Assembly (NCBI GenBank): GCA_950097015.1
Contig: CATNEN010000001.1
Location: forward strand, 25,730,001-25,794,000
Direction: 5' to 3'
DNA: 64,000 bases
Source: Macrostomum hystrix
Taxonomy: Eukaryota; Animalia; Platyhelminthes
Positions 48,501 to 59,924 of this stretch are shown piece after piece. Numbering within the stretch: the first letter of the stretch is position 1; the number at the start of each line of letters is the position of its first letter. Below the pieces are notes generated by a model that saw nothing but the letters and a program-made list of their open reading frames with translations, was not told the DNA's origin and searched no databases. A program made the translations under genes and the position numbers.

Positions 48501-50254
48501 TCACCTGTTAGACTAGAGTGTCACCTGTAAGACTGGAGTGTCACCTGTAAGACTGGAGTGTCACCTGTAAGACTGGAGTGTCACCTGTAAGACTTGAGTG
48601 TCACCTGTAAGACTGGAGTATCACCTGCTAGACTGGAGTATCACCTGTTAGACTGGATTACCACCTGTTAGACTGGATTACCACCTGTTAGACTGGAGTG
48701 TCACCTGTTAGACTTGAGTGTCACCTGTTAGACTGAAGTGACAATATCAATGCAAACATTGTTTAAAGACTCATCTCTTACTCAGTTCAACCCAGCAAAA
48801 TATCGCTATATTAATCCGCAGCTTTCTAGCAATGATTGCTTCTGTTAGCACGCCTGGCGTACCTGGTGGCATTGACTTGGCAATAGGAATTGTGGCCTCT
48901 GGCTTCGACTGGCCGTATTGTATTTTGTGTTTTTTTTGGACATGGCCAGTTGGCAGGATAATGTGAGAGTCGCATTTCTCTTTAATTAAACTTTCTACTT
49001 AAGTAGCTCGTAGAAAGGCAGACGGGCTTCCTGTGCTTCAACGCTGTAGTATTAAACAATAAGTCAAGAATATTAAATAATAAAGTTTGACCAGCCAGTG
49101 AAGTCATTAAGACAGCACGAGCATCGTCCGCCCCAACTTTTGTTTTGAACTGAAACGTCAGACCGAAGTCGCTCTTCAGACTATGCACGCTAACCAGAGA
49201 CGACCAACCGTTGTATGTAGACGTCAGTGTTTGACCATGCAGGACCGAGAATAGTTTCATTATGATTTTCCTGAATGGGAACTCTTACTTGAGTCGCTTT
49301 CTACAGTTTTGCTTTGTAGAAAACTGGTGTTTAAGGATCGTTCGTATTTTATGTTTAGAAGAAATGAAGCGAAAAGGAGTGATGTCCTTTGTAGTACCAG
49401 TTACATGCAGTATCCTTTCTCTTTTTAGCTGCAGTGACAACACTTCCAACTGACTTAATATTCTATTTGTTTTCGCTTACAACCTTCAAGATCTTAGCAC
49501 CCTGTGACCCTGTGCGATTATATCAGCAATACCGAGGCCAGAACATTCTTTCCTTGGACCCGTGGCGAAGTGCCCGGATCCACGTCTCATTAGATGAAGT
49601 TCCTCCTTATCGTAGTACCCCTAAGTACCCTAGCTCTAACGCATAGACAATCTATGCAATGTAGCATTTATTTTCTAACTCGTGGATCTCAGCGAATCTG
49701 AATGGATTAAGTCTCATTCTAACTGGTAGGTATCTGTCTTGCAGTGTTAGTAACAAGCGGTCACTACAATCACATACCTCAAAAGCTGACTTACGAGTAA
49801 ATAATACCGTGTCTACACAAATTATAACCCCCAAAATTGCAGAGATAGATTCGGCACAGTCGTCAATGTCATGGGCGATGTCTTTTGTGCCGCGATTCTG
49901 CAGCACATTTGCACATTGGATGAAGAGAGCCCCTCGGAGATTCCGAACAGCGACATGGCTGAGGAGTTAAAAGAAATTGACGAAGGTAAGTTAACAAAAA
50001 AGAATACTTTTTAAATAAGAGTACTAGTTAACAGCTTCTTGCAAATCGTTTGTAGTCTTTGGATCTTTTATAAGATCAAACTGTACATCTGTCTCATCTA
50101 GCTATTCGTCTGTCTGAGTATTTAAGCAATTCTTATTTTAATACATCAGAAACATTCTGATGAATACATAAAATGAACCCGATGCTTTCATGTAACCCCT
50201 GCTATTACATTTTCAGATCCCACTGGTCAATCACCGCGTGGCAATGGCATTTAG
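39576..50254 (+). CDS. SLC1/EAAT-ASCT family amino-acid transporter, divergent (copy A); exon 5 disrupted by an RTE insertion
   Basis: Exons 39576-39990, 40502-40724, 45602-45726, 45803-45929, 46792-47149 plus 48382-48485, 48822-48962, 49843-49985, 50217-50254; phases consistent. Motifs: LPGELLINML..MVFPLLFSSLVSG, IIQPG, NIFP, GMNLL, WYTPVG, TAFGTASSAATLP, LPIGTAVNM, PGVPG, DRFGTVVNVMGD. Confidence 0.88.
40115..40393. repeat. 65-bp tandem repeat (4 units) in SLC1 copy A intron 1
   Basis: gcagccaattataaa recurs at 40119, 40184, 40249, 40314 and 40379. Only one unit is present in copy B. Confidence 0.9.
40820..45514. repeat. 41-bp satellite array (tagcaatccaaatcccttgataccttctgcatggagtagat) in SLC1 copy A intron 2
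   Basis: About 114 tandem copies over 4.7 kb. Confidence 0.98.
45965..46650. repeat. 16-bp minisatellite (aactgacccaatctct) in SLC1 copy A intron 4
   Basis: Tandem copies with variants. Confidence 0.95.
47150..48369 (-). mobile_element. RTE-clade non-LTR retrotransposon, copy 2 (5'-truncated, RT only)
   Basis: Open RT ORF (FIDFMKAFDSV, QGDTLAP, YADD); (TTG)n tail; 12-bp TSD CCCATTGGTACA at 47138-47149 and 48370-48381. Confidence 0.95.
48499..48742. repeat. 20-bp minisatellite (gtcacctgtaagactggagt), TCACCTGTTAG family
   Basis: About 12 copies; related to the arrays at 4084 and 5301. Confidence 0.93.
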
Positions 50255-50637
50255 AGTCACCAAAACAGAGATAATACTGTGGTTTTTGCGAAAATGTCTG
50301 TACTTTTTAATACGTATGTTTGCCGCTTTCTTTTAATTCTCAGTGAAATACACAAAATGCTCGAGCACAAAGCATTATCGACACTTTTTCTTGCTTGTCG
50401 TCAATATTCTTATCATAATATGACAATTATAAATAGGTGCATTCAATTTTCAAGAAAAAACTAAATACCTATTAGTATTATATGCCCCAAACTTGAATTT
50501 AACAAGGTAGCATATTTGCGCAACACTCTACCTACAACTTAACCGAGGAGCATTGAAGCGCATGCACTAAAATATACTTACATGATTTTCTTTAAAAATT
50601 ATTGCGTTTTTAATGTAGTACGAACGATGGGGTGCCA

Positions 50638-50767
50638 CCGATGGGGTGGCGTGCACTCGCGAGATGTACACGCCGCATGAACACTAGCAACTAGCTTGCA
50701 GAGAGTTGTGCGGACTTCACAAGGCCTCACTGTGAGATATTCAACACTATCTATAGCCATTATATAC
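50638..50767 (+). repeat. About 125-bp dispersed direct repeat, copy 2
   Basis: Nearly identical to 37676-37801. Confidence 0.9.
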
Positions 50768-51070
50768 TCGTAATTTTACTAGGACTGACGATTAGCAAAC
50801 TCCAAATTATATTTAGTGCCTTCGCTTAAAAGTTACGTAATTTAGTTAGACATTTTAACAAAAGCTGCACGTAAAATCAAATAATGGAATGTTCATGACG
50901 AAAATTGGCACTAAAAAACTTAGACAACGAATTTCATTTGTTGAACAGTGGAAAATAAAAATTAATTTTACTTTTGCCACTGACAAGAGTTATTGAGCTT
51001 CTGTAGTGTAAGCTTGTTTGTCCTTCTATCTCCCCGTCTCCCCGTCCTTCTATTATTATTCAGTCCTTAT

Positions 51071-52114
51071 TGTGTATTTTGAGACGTGTGTGTTTTTTTA
51101 GCTAAAAATTACCCACGCCAAGCCGGGCCGGACCAGCCGGGGAACGGACACCTGGGCTACAGTCCCGGCCAATCAGCGAACGACCCCGCCTCACTACCTG
51201 TCGGCCCTCGGCAAGAAGCTACCCCGGGGCTCAGAACGGCGGTCGCAAGTCTACTGTGATTTGTCGCCTTGGCTCAATTGGCTAATTTGGGGTTAAAATA
51301 ACTATAAAAGGAAGCGTGTTTTTGCAGTGACTTTTATCGTTCTCTGCAATTCGCCTCACACTGTGAGAAGCACGTGCAAGCTAGTCCACTTTGTTTTGTC
51401 TCTCCCCGCCCGACCACGCTACGCTTGTTCAGTTAGGTAGCTTTCGGCGCTACGCGTCTTGAGAGTGCGCCGCTGACAAGGGTGGTCTAGATAGGCGCTT
51501 GTTGTCGAAGTCAGTACGTGCTCTCTTCGGAGACTCCGCCGTCAGGCAGAAGGAGTGCCAACCGATAGGATCTGTCGGGGCAGCGCTGAAAGCAGAGACA
51601 ACCGGAGCCTCTCGGGAAGAGTAGGGCGCGGATGTAGGCCAGTTTAAGTAAAAATTGTTATATCCAAATTGTTAGACCAGACTTGCTTCTCACTGTGAGC
51701 ACGCTATAATTTATTTCCGTGTGAACATCCTTATTCTGTCAGTATAACTTTTAAGTCAAGTAAACGATATTCAAAGTAATTCCTATTCGTATCTGGAATC
51801 TTAGTCACAGCCGATTAACTCACTCCTAATCAAATTATTCGAGTCTTCGCGTTCATACTGTGTTATTCTTTTTCATTGGGAGTTTCGCCGGGCCGGAGGA
51901 CGACACACGGGTCTCATCGCTTATCTATTCCGCTTCGCTCGCTACCACAGTCTCTAACGCTATTTAATTCCAGATTTCCCTGCTGCTATTGAACCGATTG
52001 GTAGGACACCGACCCCGGTGAATAGTGAATAGTCGCTAGCTTTAAATACCTCACGCTCCAGCTAGGACATTCATTTTTATTACACTTGCGTGTCGTGTCT
52101 CCTAAAATGTTACG
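51071..52114 (+). mobile_element. Possible solo LTR or other interspersed element (about 1 kb)
   Basis: GC-richer island beginning TGT with imperfect inverted termini (tgtgtattttgagac / gtctcctaaaatgttacg) and internal TATAAAAG at about 51303. No clear TSD. Confidence 0.3.
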
Positions 52115-53624
52115 AAAACAATGAAGGAAAACTGCAGTCACATGAGTGTTTAGCTCTGCTTTTCAGAGCTAGAGCAACTGAAAATAAATTTAAAACAAAT
52201 GTGGCTTAGAATCATTTTCAAGCCTGTTTCATAACCAGACGTTTTCAAATAAATAAATAATGTAGCACTTCTGGTTGAGTGGTGGATATTAAGTTCAAAC
52301 AAAGTTTCTTGATGCATGCGTTCCTGGTTGTTCGGTTTTGTAAACATCTTCCTGTAGGCTTTCTGTTAATATTACATTTATTTCATTAAAAAAGTCCACT
52401 TTTAGCTATACGTTATCCGCTTTTCCAGCCTACTTATACAGCCTGCAGATATTTGAGTAACATACTTTTATTACAACATTTGCTTTATAAAATATGCAAT
52501 TAAAAAATTAACTGACTGACAATGATGTTTCGATCTCTTTCTGTTTGTCAAGCAGGCCCTGACGAATTGTTGACAGCTGTAGCATGATGGCATCCTGTCG
52601 CGAAGTCGGCGAGTCCTTCACCAGTCCCGGATGACATATGGGGTCATGGCGTCCGTGGATCGATACGGCCCAGGAATGGGAGGAAGAAGTTCGGCGAGCG
52701 TTCGCTGGGGAGCGTGTGCGTGTGGGACAAAGAAACAGCTGCCCCTGTGTTAGCAATCTCCCAGCGTTTCTCCCTCTCTCCCCATTCTGCCCCATTGTGC
52801 GCGCTGCTTGAATTTAAATACACTGGAAGCGAGAGGCAGAGCTTCGCTGCCGCTTTTCATGTGACTCCGGAGTCCACACAGAAACGGGCCTCTGGCCCGT
52901 GGAGCGTTTATCTCTCTGTTGCTGTGGCAGAAGGTAACAGGAAGGCAAAACTTTCCTGTTATAATGGGCCTCAGGGCAGTGGCTTTTTTATCTTGATTTA
53001 GGTATGCTTTCTATGAAGTACACAAACTTTCTGTTAATTCTGTGCTTTCCTGTGTCATTAAATACACACTTTTGTCATCAGCTGTTAGGCTTTTGAAATT
53101 TCGAACAGTACCTGCCACTTTCTCTATGAATTTATTTCTAATTGGAACATAAACAGACCAATCGCATCTAAAGAGAATATGAGTTTCGCTCTCTACCTCG
53201 AATAAGTTTATACATTTCCAATTAGTTTTATAATTTTAAAGTGAATTTCTGATATCTAACTGGCATTTCGTCTCTGAAGGTGCCAGGAGACCTTCTTAAA
53301 CCAAGCCAGTCTGCCGGATTTCATAGCCAAGAATGACGCCCTGCGCGAGAACCTATTTATGATGATCGTGTGCATCACGCTGCGAATTCCGCTATTCGTT
53401 GTTGGCAAGCCTGGCAGTTCCAAATCTCTGGCCAAGACCATTGTTAAGAGCAACATGCTTGGCAATGATTCTAAGCACGAGCTTTACCAAGCACTACCGG
53501 GAACTCACATGCTCAGCTTCCAGTGCTCGCCTTGGAGCACATCCGACAGCATCATCAAGACATTCGCCCAGTGCTCAAGACTGCAGGAGGAGAAGGACCT
53601 CAGCAAGTGAGTGATTAGACTCGA

Positions 53625-53775
53625 GGCTTCTAAGAATATGGGGAAATAAGGTTTCTAAGAATATGGGGAACTAAGGTTTCTAAGAATATGGGAACTAAGG
53701 TTTTCTAAGAATATGGGAAAATAAGGTTTCTTAGAATATAGAGGAGCTAAGGTTTCTAAGAATATAGGGGAACTA
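53625..53775. repeat. About 25-bp minisatellite (aaggtttctaagaatatggggaact)
   Basis: About 6 degenerate copies in the RNF213-like intron. Confidence 0.85.
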
Positions 53776-53904
53776 ATTTTCCTATTCATATGGGGAAAAC
53801 TTTCTAAGAAAAGAGCAATAAAAAAACATATGAAGTGAATCTTTTTAAGATAATAGGAATATTGTTTATAAAAGTCTATAGGAAACGAATTGGGGGATGA
53901 AGCC

Positions 53905-54163
53905 AATGTCAAGCACACCGGTTAACGCGTTTGCCTCTCGCACCAAGGTCCCTGAGCTCGATTTCGTGGCGAGGTCACATGCATTTTGCATATAATTTAC
54001 GCCATTGAGGGCCAACCTCCAAGGCACACAGTGAAGTGTACACTGCCTGTGTACACTGCTGATGACGAGAAAGTCAGTGCAGATGTACACTTGTGTGCTC
54101 AGGAGTGCTCAGAAGTCAGAAAAATGAGCAGAATTGCCTCCTCACTGGCTGCGGGTCTACTAT
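53905..54163 (+). mobile_element. tRNA-derived SINE, family A, copy 4
   Basis: Homologous to copies 1-3; the head is partly eroded. Confidence 0.78.
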
Positions 54164-54646
54164 CGCTAACTATGATTATAGTTGCCTATAGTTACCATAG
54201 GAAACTGCAATTTATGATTAATATTACCCTCCTCAATCAGGTTTGTCTGTGTCATCATTCTGGACCAAATCGGCCTAGCCGAGGACAGTCCCAGCATGCC
54301 GCTGAAGACGCTGCGTCCGCTGCTGGAGGACGGCTTCATCGACGGGGACAATCTCACTCCCGATCAGAAGTTGCGCAAGAAGATTGGCTTCATTGACATC
54401 TCTAACTGGGCATTGGATCCCGCCAAGATGAACCGGGGTCTCTATGTGCAACGAGACGTGCCCAACGAAGAAGAGCTGATTAAAACAGCCAAGGGTATCT
54501 GCGGCGGTCGAGACAATTGCGTCAGCCATTTGTTGGAACCGCTGGCCAAATTTCATCTGGCAATTTATGAGGTTGGTTGCTTACAATTATGTTGCGTTTT
54601 TCAATACATATCTGCAATTTTATAAGATCTAGCCAGGTAAAATTTA

Positions 54647-55803
54647 GCTCGCACCGGCGGGACACAGCGCCTGTGAGGTATGAGTCAGTCCAGGCCCACG
54701 GTAAAACGACGATTTTACCGTCGCTTTGTTTAAATAATTATCTATGAATAAATAAACAAAAATGAGCTTCATCAAGCTTCACGAGCTTCAACCCCGTGAA
54801 ATTCACTGCTTCACCGACGGTTCGTAAATCAACTCGGTCTCTGGTTTCGGCTACTGCATTATGTCCGGAGGGAAAACTGTGGCGACCTTGTCCCAGCACA
54901 CCGGTATAAACTCTACCGTTCTCCAGAACGAAGTTCTCGCCATCAGCTCCTGCGCCCTGGAGCTGATCAATCAAAATGTCCACGGAGCAGAAATTGTCCT
55001 CCACTCGGACCTTGGATCCATGCCCTTGGACGCACGCACACCTGCTCGCGCACAGTCCTCGACTGCGTCGCGCAACACAATCGCTTAGGGACCCACGACA
55101 AGGTGTCCCTAAGTTGGATTCCAGGGCACTCTGGCCACCCTGGTAACGAATTGGCCGACAGCCTCGCCAAGGCCGGTTCAACGGGTTCGCTTTTTGGCCC
55201 CGTGCCTGCGGTCTCCACCCCTACCGCCGTCGTCACCACTCGGATTAACCATTGGTTGGCCTCAAAAGCACAAAGACAGGTGGATCAATACCGCCGATTG
55301 TCGGCAGTCTCGCGCTGCTGTTCCTTGTCCCTCCACTGCCCTTCGCAAAGCCCTGCTTGGACTTAACCGCAGGGACATCAGGGCAGTCACCATGGCCCTC
55401 TTTGGCCACGGCTGTTTCGCCAGGCACCGCTTCATGCAAGGCAAAATCCGCAGTGAGGAGAGCCCTTTCTGCCTCTCCTACGTTGAGGATGCAGAGCATT
55501 TTATTTGCGACTGCCCCGCCTTCACTCAGGACCGGCTCACCTATCTCGGCCCAAACCCGGATCTCTCCGACGTTTTCAGGCCTGATAACATCTGCCAGCT
55601 CGTCCGTTACCTAAGGGCCACCGGGCAAGCGACTCTCCACCTCCTGGACTCTCCGGAGGAGGACCGCGCTGCGGACGCCGGCATCACGGATCCCCCTGCG
55701 CGACACCGCAGCTTTAGTTGCCTGTGGTCGTCAGGAGCTAGCGGAATGGGCGGCAACGCCTCCCCGCTGCATCCGAAGGATGACTTCTGCAGCTAAGTCA
55801 AGT
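54647..55803 (+). mobile_element. Non-LTR retrotransposon remnant with RNase H and C-terminal zinc knuckle (LOA/R1/I group)
   Basis: FTDGS, TVLQNEVLAI, SD, WIPGHSGHPGNELADSLAK, GHG, C..EDAEHFICDCP. (AAGTC)n tail; TSD CAGGTAAAATTTA at 54634-54646 and 55804-55816; stops and frameshifts. Confidence 0.88.
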
Positions 55804-56935
55804 CAGGTAAAATTTAACGTTATAAATCAGTAGAAACTGATCAGTAATCAGTTAAGTCAGTAATCAACTGATGAATTAAAATTTCAATTTTTTTGCAGAA
55901 TTGTCTTTTTCCCCGAGAGTCTTAATGCATTTTTCGATACATATCGGCTTAAAATTAACTTTCAGGATTGACTGTCAAATTGTCAAATTTTCTAAGTGAA
56001 ATTTTCTAATCAATTTTAACAAATATTTTAATAAACGTGCTTATCTTTCTCCAGGCCTGCACAAAAATCTGCAAGGACATCAACCGCATTAAGATTAGCA
56101 TGGAACGCGGCGAGACAGTGGTCTTAATTAACATGGACTCACTCTACGAGTCATTGTACGACGTGATGAATCAATACTACGAGATCTGCGGCGAAGATCG
56201 CTTTGTAGACTTGGGCCTCGGCACCCATCGTCTAAAGTGCAAAGTGCACAGGAATTTCCGCATTGTAGTCATCGTCGAACGGGACACTGTCATGAACAAA
56301 TTTCCCATTCCACTAATCAATCGAGTGGATAAGCATAGACTGTCCTGCGAGTAGTTGCTAAGTGAATACGACTGAAATCTGTGCTCAAAACTGTTGGATT
56401 GGGCTAAAAGCTTCCTACCCTCTTCTGGTAGCAGATTGCAGCAATCTTCAATCACCACTGCCAGGCTTTTGAACACAGTATTTGTCGGCTATCACGAAGA
56501 TCCCTACTGTTGGAATATTCCCAGCTGGCCAATGCGGAGCGAGTGCGGCCTGTTCAATTGGCTCTGCTGGCCGCTTGTACACCAGAGAGTCTGGTGCGAT
56601 TGGACCAGACACCGTTGGAGTCTCAGAAGGAGGACCTGAGCCGGCTGTATCATCGTGACGATCAACACTCCGACATTGAAGCACTCTTGAAGTGTCGCGC
56701 CTACGGTAAAAAGAAGTTTGTCCAGGTGAGAGAGAGAAGCAAAATAACCAATTCATCGATTCTTTATCAGCGATTCTGATATTGATCGCGGCTAGACTGC
56801 TTTCACCATAGTCATTTATCGATTGAGATACTGTTGGTTTTAGGATTCTTGAGATCTCAGTTAAATTATGTTTTTTCTAAATAAATATCAGTTATAAGTT
56901 CGCTTTATAACTTTGCCGATGGTGAGGAGCAGATT

Positions 56936-57130
56936 TACACACCCTGCGTACCTGTGTACACCCCTATGTACCTGTGTACACACCCTGTGTACCTGTGTAC
57001 ACACCTGTGTACTTTTATCCACACCCTATGTACCTGTGTACACACCCTGTGTACCTGTGTACACACTTGTGTACTTTTATCCACACCCTATGTACCTGTG
57101 TACACACCCTGTGTACCTGTGTACACACCT
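56936..57130. repeat. About 20-bp minisatellite (gtacctgtgtacacaccct) with about 61-bp superperiod
   Basis: Tandem copies. Confidence 0.88.
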
Positions 57131-57572
57131 GCGATTGTTTCCTTAGTGTACCTTAGAGTACCGATAATGCCATTCTTCTGAGCCATAAAGTGTGTAATGA
57201 GCATGTTTCGGGCGTACGGCTATTCAGTCCACGGACAGGGGAAACCGCATACACCCTTAACAGTAGAAACACCACGGGGTATTTCAAATATCCGTATTTT
57301 TCTCATTTCTGTATCAACCAGTCGCCATGAAAATCCTGTTAACGGTTACAATTTTCCGCTCTATCCGATGCGACAACTTCCAGAATCACAAAACTATTCT
57401 CGTCGCAGTGTTTGGTGGCAAAATCCACCAATAAGCATAGTTATTTTTCTGCTCACAAAATTTCATGATGTAGCTCTAGCTAGCTTTGTCGGCTATTATT
57501 ATTTATTATTAAATTATTAAAACAATATGGATTCTCCATAGAGGTTAATGCTGAGCAATGTTAGTTGTCCTT

Positions 57573-57613
57573 GACCTTCAAGTCATTAGTCCGATACTCT
57601 AACGACTAAGCTA
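57573..57613 (-). mobile_element. tRNA-like head fragment of SINE family B
   Basis: Minus strand tagcttagtcgttagagtatcggactaatgacttgaaggtc matches the head of 21290-21528. Confidence 0.55.
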
Positions 57614-57796
57614 ATGAGCGGAACTACTGTTAAGTAGTATGATCCATGTGTAGCGGTTCTAATCCGATAATTTCACTGCGTACTCAATTAAATACTATTT
57701 TTCAGGCCCTATTTGAGACATTCTGCGAACAGCTCAACGACCGCAAGCGTGATCTCAACCAAACTCGAACCCGGGCCCACTGGCTAGCCCGAATTT

Positions 57797-57957
57797 TCGG
57801 ATGTTCGGATGTACATAGTTAGCGGATGTTCGCTACACAGTTAACGGATGTTCGCTACTTAGATAACAGATGTTCGCTACATAGTTAACAACCAAGTTAA
57901 CGCTAGTTAACAACAAAGTTAACGAAGTTAACGACAAAGTTAACGAAGTTAACGACC
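57797..57957. repeat. Short degenerate tandem repeats (cggatgttcgctac / aaagttaacga)
   Basis: Two adjacent small arrays. Confidence 0.7.
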
Positions 57958-58207
57958 AATTTAAACTTTTTCACCTTCAGCTCGTGCAACTGTCAACTAT
58001 GCGAAGACTAAATCCACAGCATTGTGGCTCTGAGCTGCGGAGATCAGCTCTGCGGTCGATGTCTTCTTAGATCGCTGGCTGCTGCGGCATCCAAAAAAGA
58101 TGGATGCCGCGTCTCGTCTGTGCTTCGGCAATCCGAGGCAGAGCCCGGAGCCTAAGCTGTGCGCGCATCTTCTGAACTCGGTTACTCGGTAAGCACTCCG
58201 TCTGTAG

Positions 58208-58880
58208 CAGTGACGAGTCTATGGAACAGTAGCTAGTCTATAGAACAGTAGCTAGTCTATAGAACAGTGACTAGTCTATAGAGCAGTAGCTAGTCTATAG
58301 AACAGTGACTAGTCTATAGAACAGTAGCTAGTCTATGGAACAGTAGCTAGTCTATAGAACAGTAGCTAGTCTATAGAACAGTGACTAGTCTATAGAGCAG
58401 TAGCTAGTCTATAGAACAGTGACTAGTCTATAGAACAGTAGCTAGTCTATGGAACAGTAGCTAGTCTATAGAACAGTAGCTAGTCTATAGAACAGTGACG
58501 AGTCTATGGAACAGTAGCTAGTCTATAGAACAGTAGCTAGTCTATAGAACAGTGACTAGTCTATAGAGCAGTAGCTAGTCTATAGAACAGTGACTAGTCT
58601 ATAGAACAGTAGCTAGTCTATAGAACAGTAGCTAGTCTATAGAACAGTAGCTAGTCTATAGAACAGTGACTAGTCTATAGAACAGTGACTAGTCTATAGA
58701 ACAGTAGCTAGTCTATAGAACAGTGACGAGTCTATAGAACAGTAGCTAGTCTATAGAACAGTGACGAGTCTATAGAAGAGTAGCTAGTCTATGGAACAGT
58801 GACTAGTCTATAGAACAGTAGCTAGTCTATGGAGCAGTGACTAGTCTATAGAACAGTAGCTAGTCTATGGAACAGTAGCT
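58208..58880. repeat. 19-bp palindrome-rich minisatellite (tagtctatagaacagtagc)
   Basis: About 35 copies; 114-bp (6-unit) superperiod at the 5' end. Confidence 0.96.
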
Positions 58881-58929
58881 TCAGGTTTCCTGAACCTTCA
58901 GGCCCACTTAACTTTCAGGCTCCCTTAAG

Positions 58930-59924
58930 TTTCAGGCTCCGTTGGCTGCGAAGAGCGGCTGGCCAGGCGTCCGCAGGCGAGCATCAGTGCCGGCGACGGG
59001 AAAAATGCTGACCTCGGCGCCCGTGTCGACCAGGAAGCGCCGGCCCGTCTGGACATCGGGGATGAGCAGCAGGCTGCTGTTACCGGCCGCCGAGCTGATC
59101 ACTGATCAATGAGCAGGCGGAGGCGGCGGCTGCTCTGCAGCGGGATGCGGCACGGAGGCTGCGAACGGCTGCGACCGGCTCGCCCACAGCTTATCGCCTC
59201 TTGCGCTGCGGCCCGCGGGTCGCTGAAGTCCACAGTGGCCATCATCATCCTGACGTCGGCGGGCAGCTGCTGGCGGAAAAGTTCCTCGAACAGGAGGCAC
59301 GGGGGGATGGTCACCTAGCAGAGCGAGCATTTCGTCCATGAGCTCTGAGGGACGCTTGTCGCCGAGGCCGGACATTCCGAGGAGGTGGCTGGCCCGCTGC
59401 TGTCGAGTGAGGCCAAACGTGCCGAGCAGGCGGTCCTTCAGGCTCTGGTACTTGTCCTCCTCCGGCGGACGCTCCAGCACATCGAGTAGTCGCTCGGCTG
59501 TGATCTGGTCGAGAGCAGCGACTACGTGCGTGTACTTGGTGTTGTCCTCTGTGATTCGCCGCAGAGTGAACTGGGCTTCGGCCTGAATAAACCAGGCCCG
59601 GGGCTGCGAGGCCCAAAACGTGGGCAGTTTGAGTGCAACGGCTGACTCAGTCATTCCTCAGCACGGCTGGGGTAGTCGGGCTCACCAATTTAGTGTCTCG
59701 CAAATGAAATGCAGTGCGCGAGAAAGGGTAAAGTTATTTATTAGTCAAACAGATCTTAAATAGCGCTTCGGAGCGTGGGGAGGTGCGCGAAAGGTGGCGA
59801 GAGTCCGTAACCCCCCGGCTTAGCGAGCCGGTGGGTCGGGTGCACCCACCCCCCCAGCCAGGCGGCCCGGCGTTTGAGTGCATATGCACCCAGAGTCGCG
59901 CCGCGTGCAGACCTGGCCGCCACA
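58930..59924 (-). mobile_element. Ty3/Gypsy LTR retrotransposon, 5' part only (LTR, PBS, gag, protease start)
   Basis: LTR about 59689-59924 (starts TGT, contains AATAAA). PBS TGGTGAGCCCGAC at 59675-59687, one mismatch to the tRNA-Trp 3' end. gag ALKLPTFW...WFIQAEAQF from 59654, frameshifted; aspartic protease FLVDTGAEVS at about 59040; truncated after AANG. Confidence 0.9.

Noticed and set aside
47197-48504. 435-aa ORF as an intact standalone reverse transcriptase gene
   Set aside because: Its first ~45 codons are antisense SLC1 exon/intron sequence outside the TSD; it is a 5'-truncated LINE read through by chance.
52500-53000. GC-richer segment with short ORFs, possibly a DNA transposon end (also 38820-39400 and 57180-57545)
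   Set aside because: No recognisable transposase motif, terminal inverted repeat pair or TSD could be established by eye.
54055-54085. Hammerhead-like CTGATGA...GAAA.GTC in SINE family A (also at about 10050)
   Set aside because: No room for stems II and III; the motif is just the loop region of a simple hairpin and is not conserved in copy 1.
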